From positions 2,304,001 to 2,368,000 of the forward strand of contig CM000150.2 of assembly GCA_000004695.1 (NCBI GenBank): a stretch of DNA of 64,000 bases, read 5' to 3'. This DNA is from Dictyostelium discoideum (lineage: Eukaryota). A program made the position numbers and the translations under genes. The notes below the pieces were generated by a model. That model worked only from the letters and a program-made list of their open reading frames with translations, made no database searches and had not been told where the DNA came from. Of this stretch, positions 63,304-64,000 are shown one piece after another (positions within the stretch are counted from its first letter, which is position 1; every line of letters starts with the position of its first letter).

Positions 63304-64000
63304 GAAGGATGAAGATAATAAAAACAAAATATATAATACTTAAAAAATTAATTAATTATGATTATTGTGGTTAAATTATAATTCCTTATTAAGAATATTG
63401 AAAACTTAATGTTCATGTAATTTCATTACAAAACTGGGAGTGGCACAAGGATATAAAAAAGCAAAAATTTTACAATTAATTTTTTATTTTTTATTATTTT
63501 TTTATTTTAAAATTTTGAAAGGTTAATTTATTTAAAATTATACATTAGTTTTATTATTAAACATTTCCATTAAAAAAAAATCACCACTTTCTGTAACGGT
63601 ATACTCTAGAAAGACTAATATTTTATTTGTTTATAATTTATATTAGTATTTTATTTATTTATTTATTTATTTTTATATTTATATATCTTTAATAATTTAA
63701 TTTAATTTAATTTTATATAATTTTATTTAATATTTGTTTTATATATTTTATACTAGTTAATACGAGTCGACATAATATACTATAAGAGAATATTTAAAAA
63801 AATATACCAAATTTGTTAAAAATTAATTATTGAAAACACTAAATAAAGAATATATATCGAAACAATTGTTTCTGATTATAATGATATAATACTAAATAAT
63901 AATTATAGTAACGAAAAACTACTGGTTTCTTTACATTTCTAAATCACCATACTCACAATTCAAAAACAATAACGTCAGTATCATCACCATTTCTTAGAAA

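Overview
This window is AT-rich (about 75-80% A+T) nuclear DNA with the hallmarks of Dictyostelium discoideum: very short AT-rich introns with GTAAGT/GTAAAT donors, coding (CAA)n poly-Gln and (AAT)n poly-Asn tracts, and long intergenic A/T homopolymers. It is a eukaryotic chromosome arm segment, not a prokaryotic island.

Gene models, built by joining six-frame ORFs across phase-checked introns, in window order:
- a 4-exon secreted surface glycoprotein with a probable GPI anchor;
- ataxin-10 (minus strand, 3 exons);
- a 133-aa hypothetical protein (minus);
- an OsmC/Ohr-family protein (2 exons);
- a 4241-aa VPS13-family protein with a Chorein_N amino terminus, in one 12.7-kb exon;
- a DOCK-family Rho-GEF (minus), which the ORF track splits into two ORFs around an intron holding a (TAA)~50 microsatellite;
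- a two-domain saposin-like protein (minus);
- arginyl-tRNA--protein transferase ATE1;
- a Cys-rich membrane protein (2 exons);
- a 4-exon ABC half-transporter (minus);
- two small uncertain genes (minus);
- a WDR75/UTP17 WD40 protein (minus, 2 exons);
- a 213-aa CxxC protein (minus);
- a highly divergent TCP-1/CCT-like chaperonin (4 exons) with a degenerate ATP-binding motif and a ~40-Gln insertion;
- a 4.7-kb ORF-free gap;
- an Asn-expanded ORF carrying piggyBac-transposase signature motifs but no recognisable DDE core;
- a Harbinger/PIF-like transposase remnant next to a 24-bp-arm inverted repeat;
- a 5-exon, 1430-aa type-I transmembrane glycoprotein with an EGF-like module;
- ELP6 (2 exons);
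- an intronless, frameshifted, catalytically degenerate Rac-like pseudogene (minus);
- an intact 3-exon rac1-type gene (minus) whose 3' UTR starts with a genomically encoded A(84) tract;
- a divergent Rab-like GTPase;
- a tRNA-Glu(UUC) gene with downstream external-B-box-like motifs that recur as a tandem 12-mer array about 240 bp further downstream.

The findings of most interest are the divergent chaperonin paralog, the piggyBac-like and Harbinger-like relics, the Rac/Rab cluster with its pseudogene, and the repeats and duplications around the tRNA gene. All homology statements rest on motif recall and were made without database searches. Note that the supplied ORF track appears to accept TTG as a start codon.
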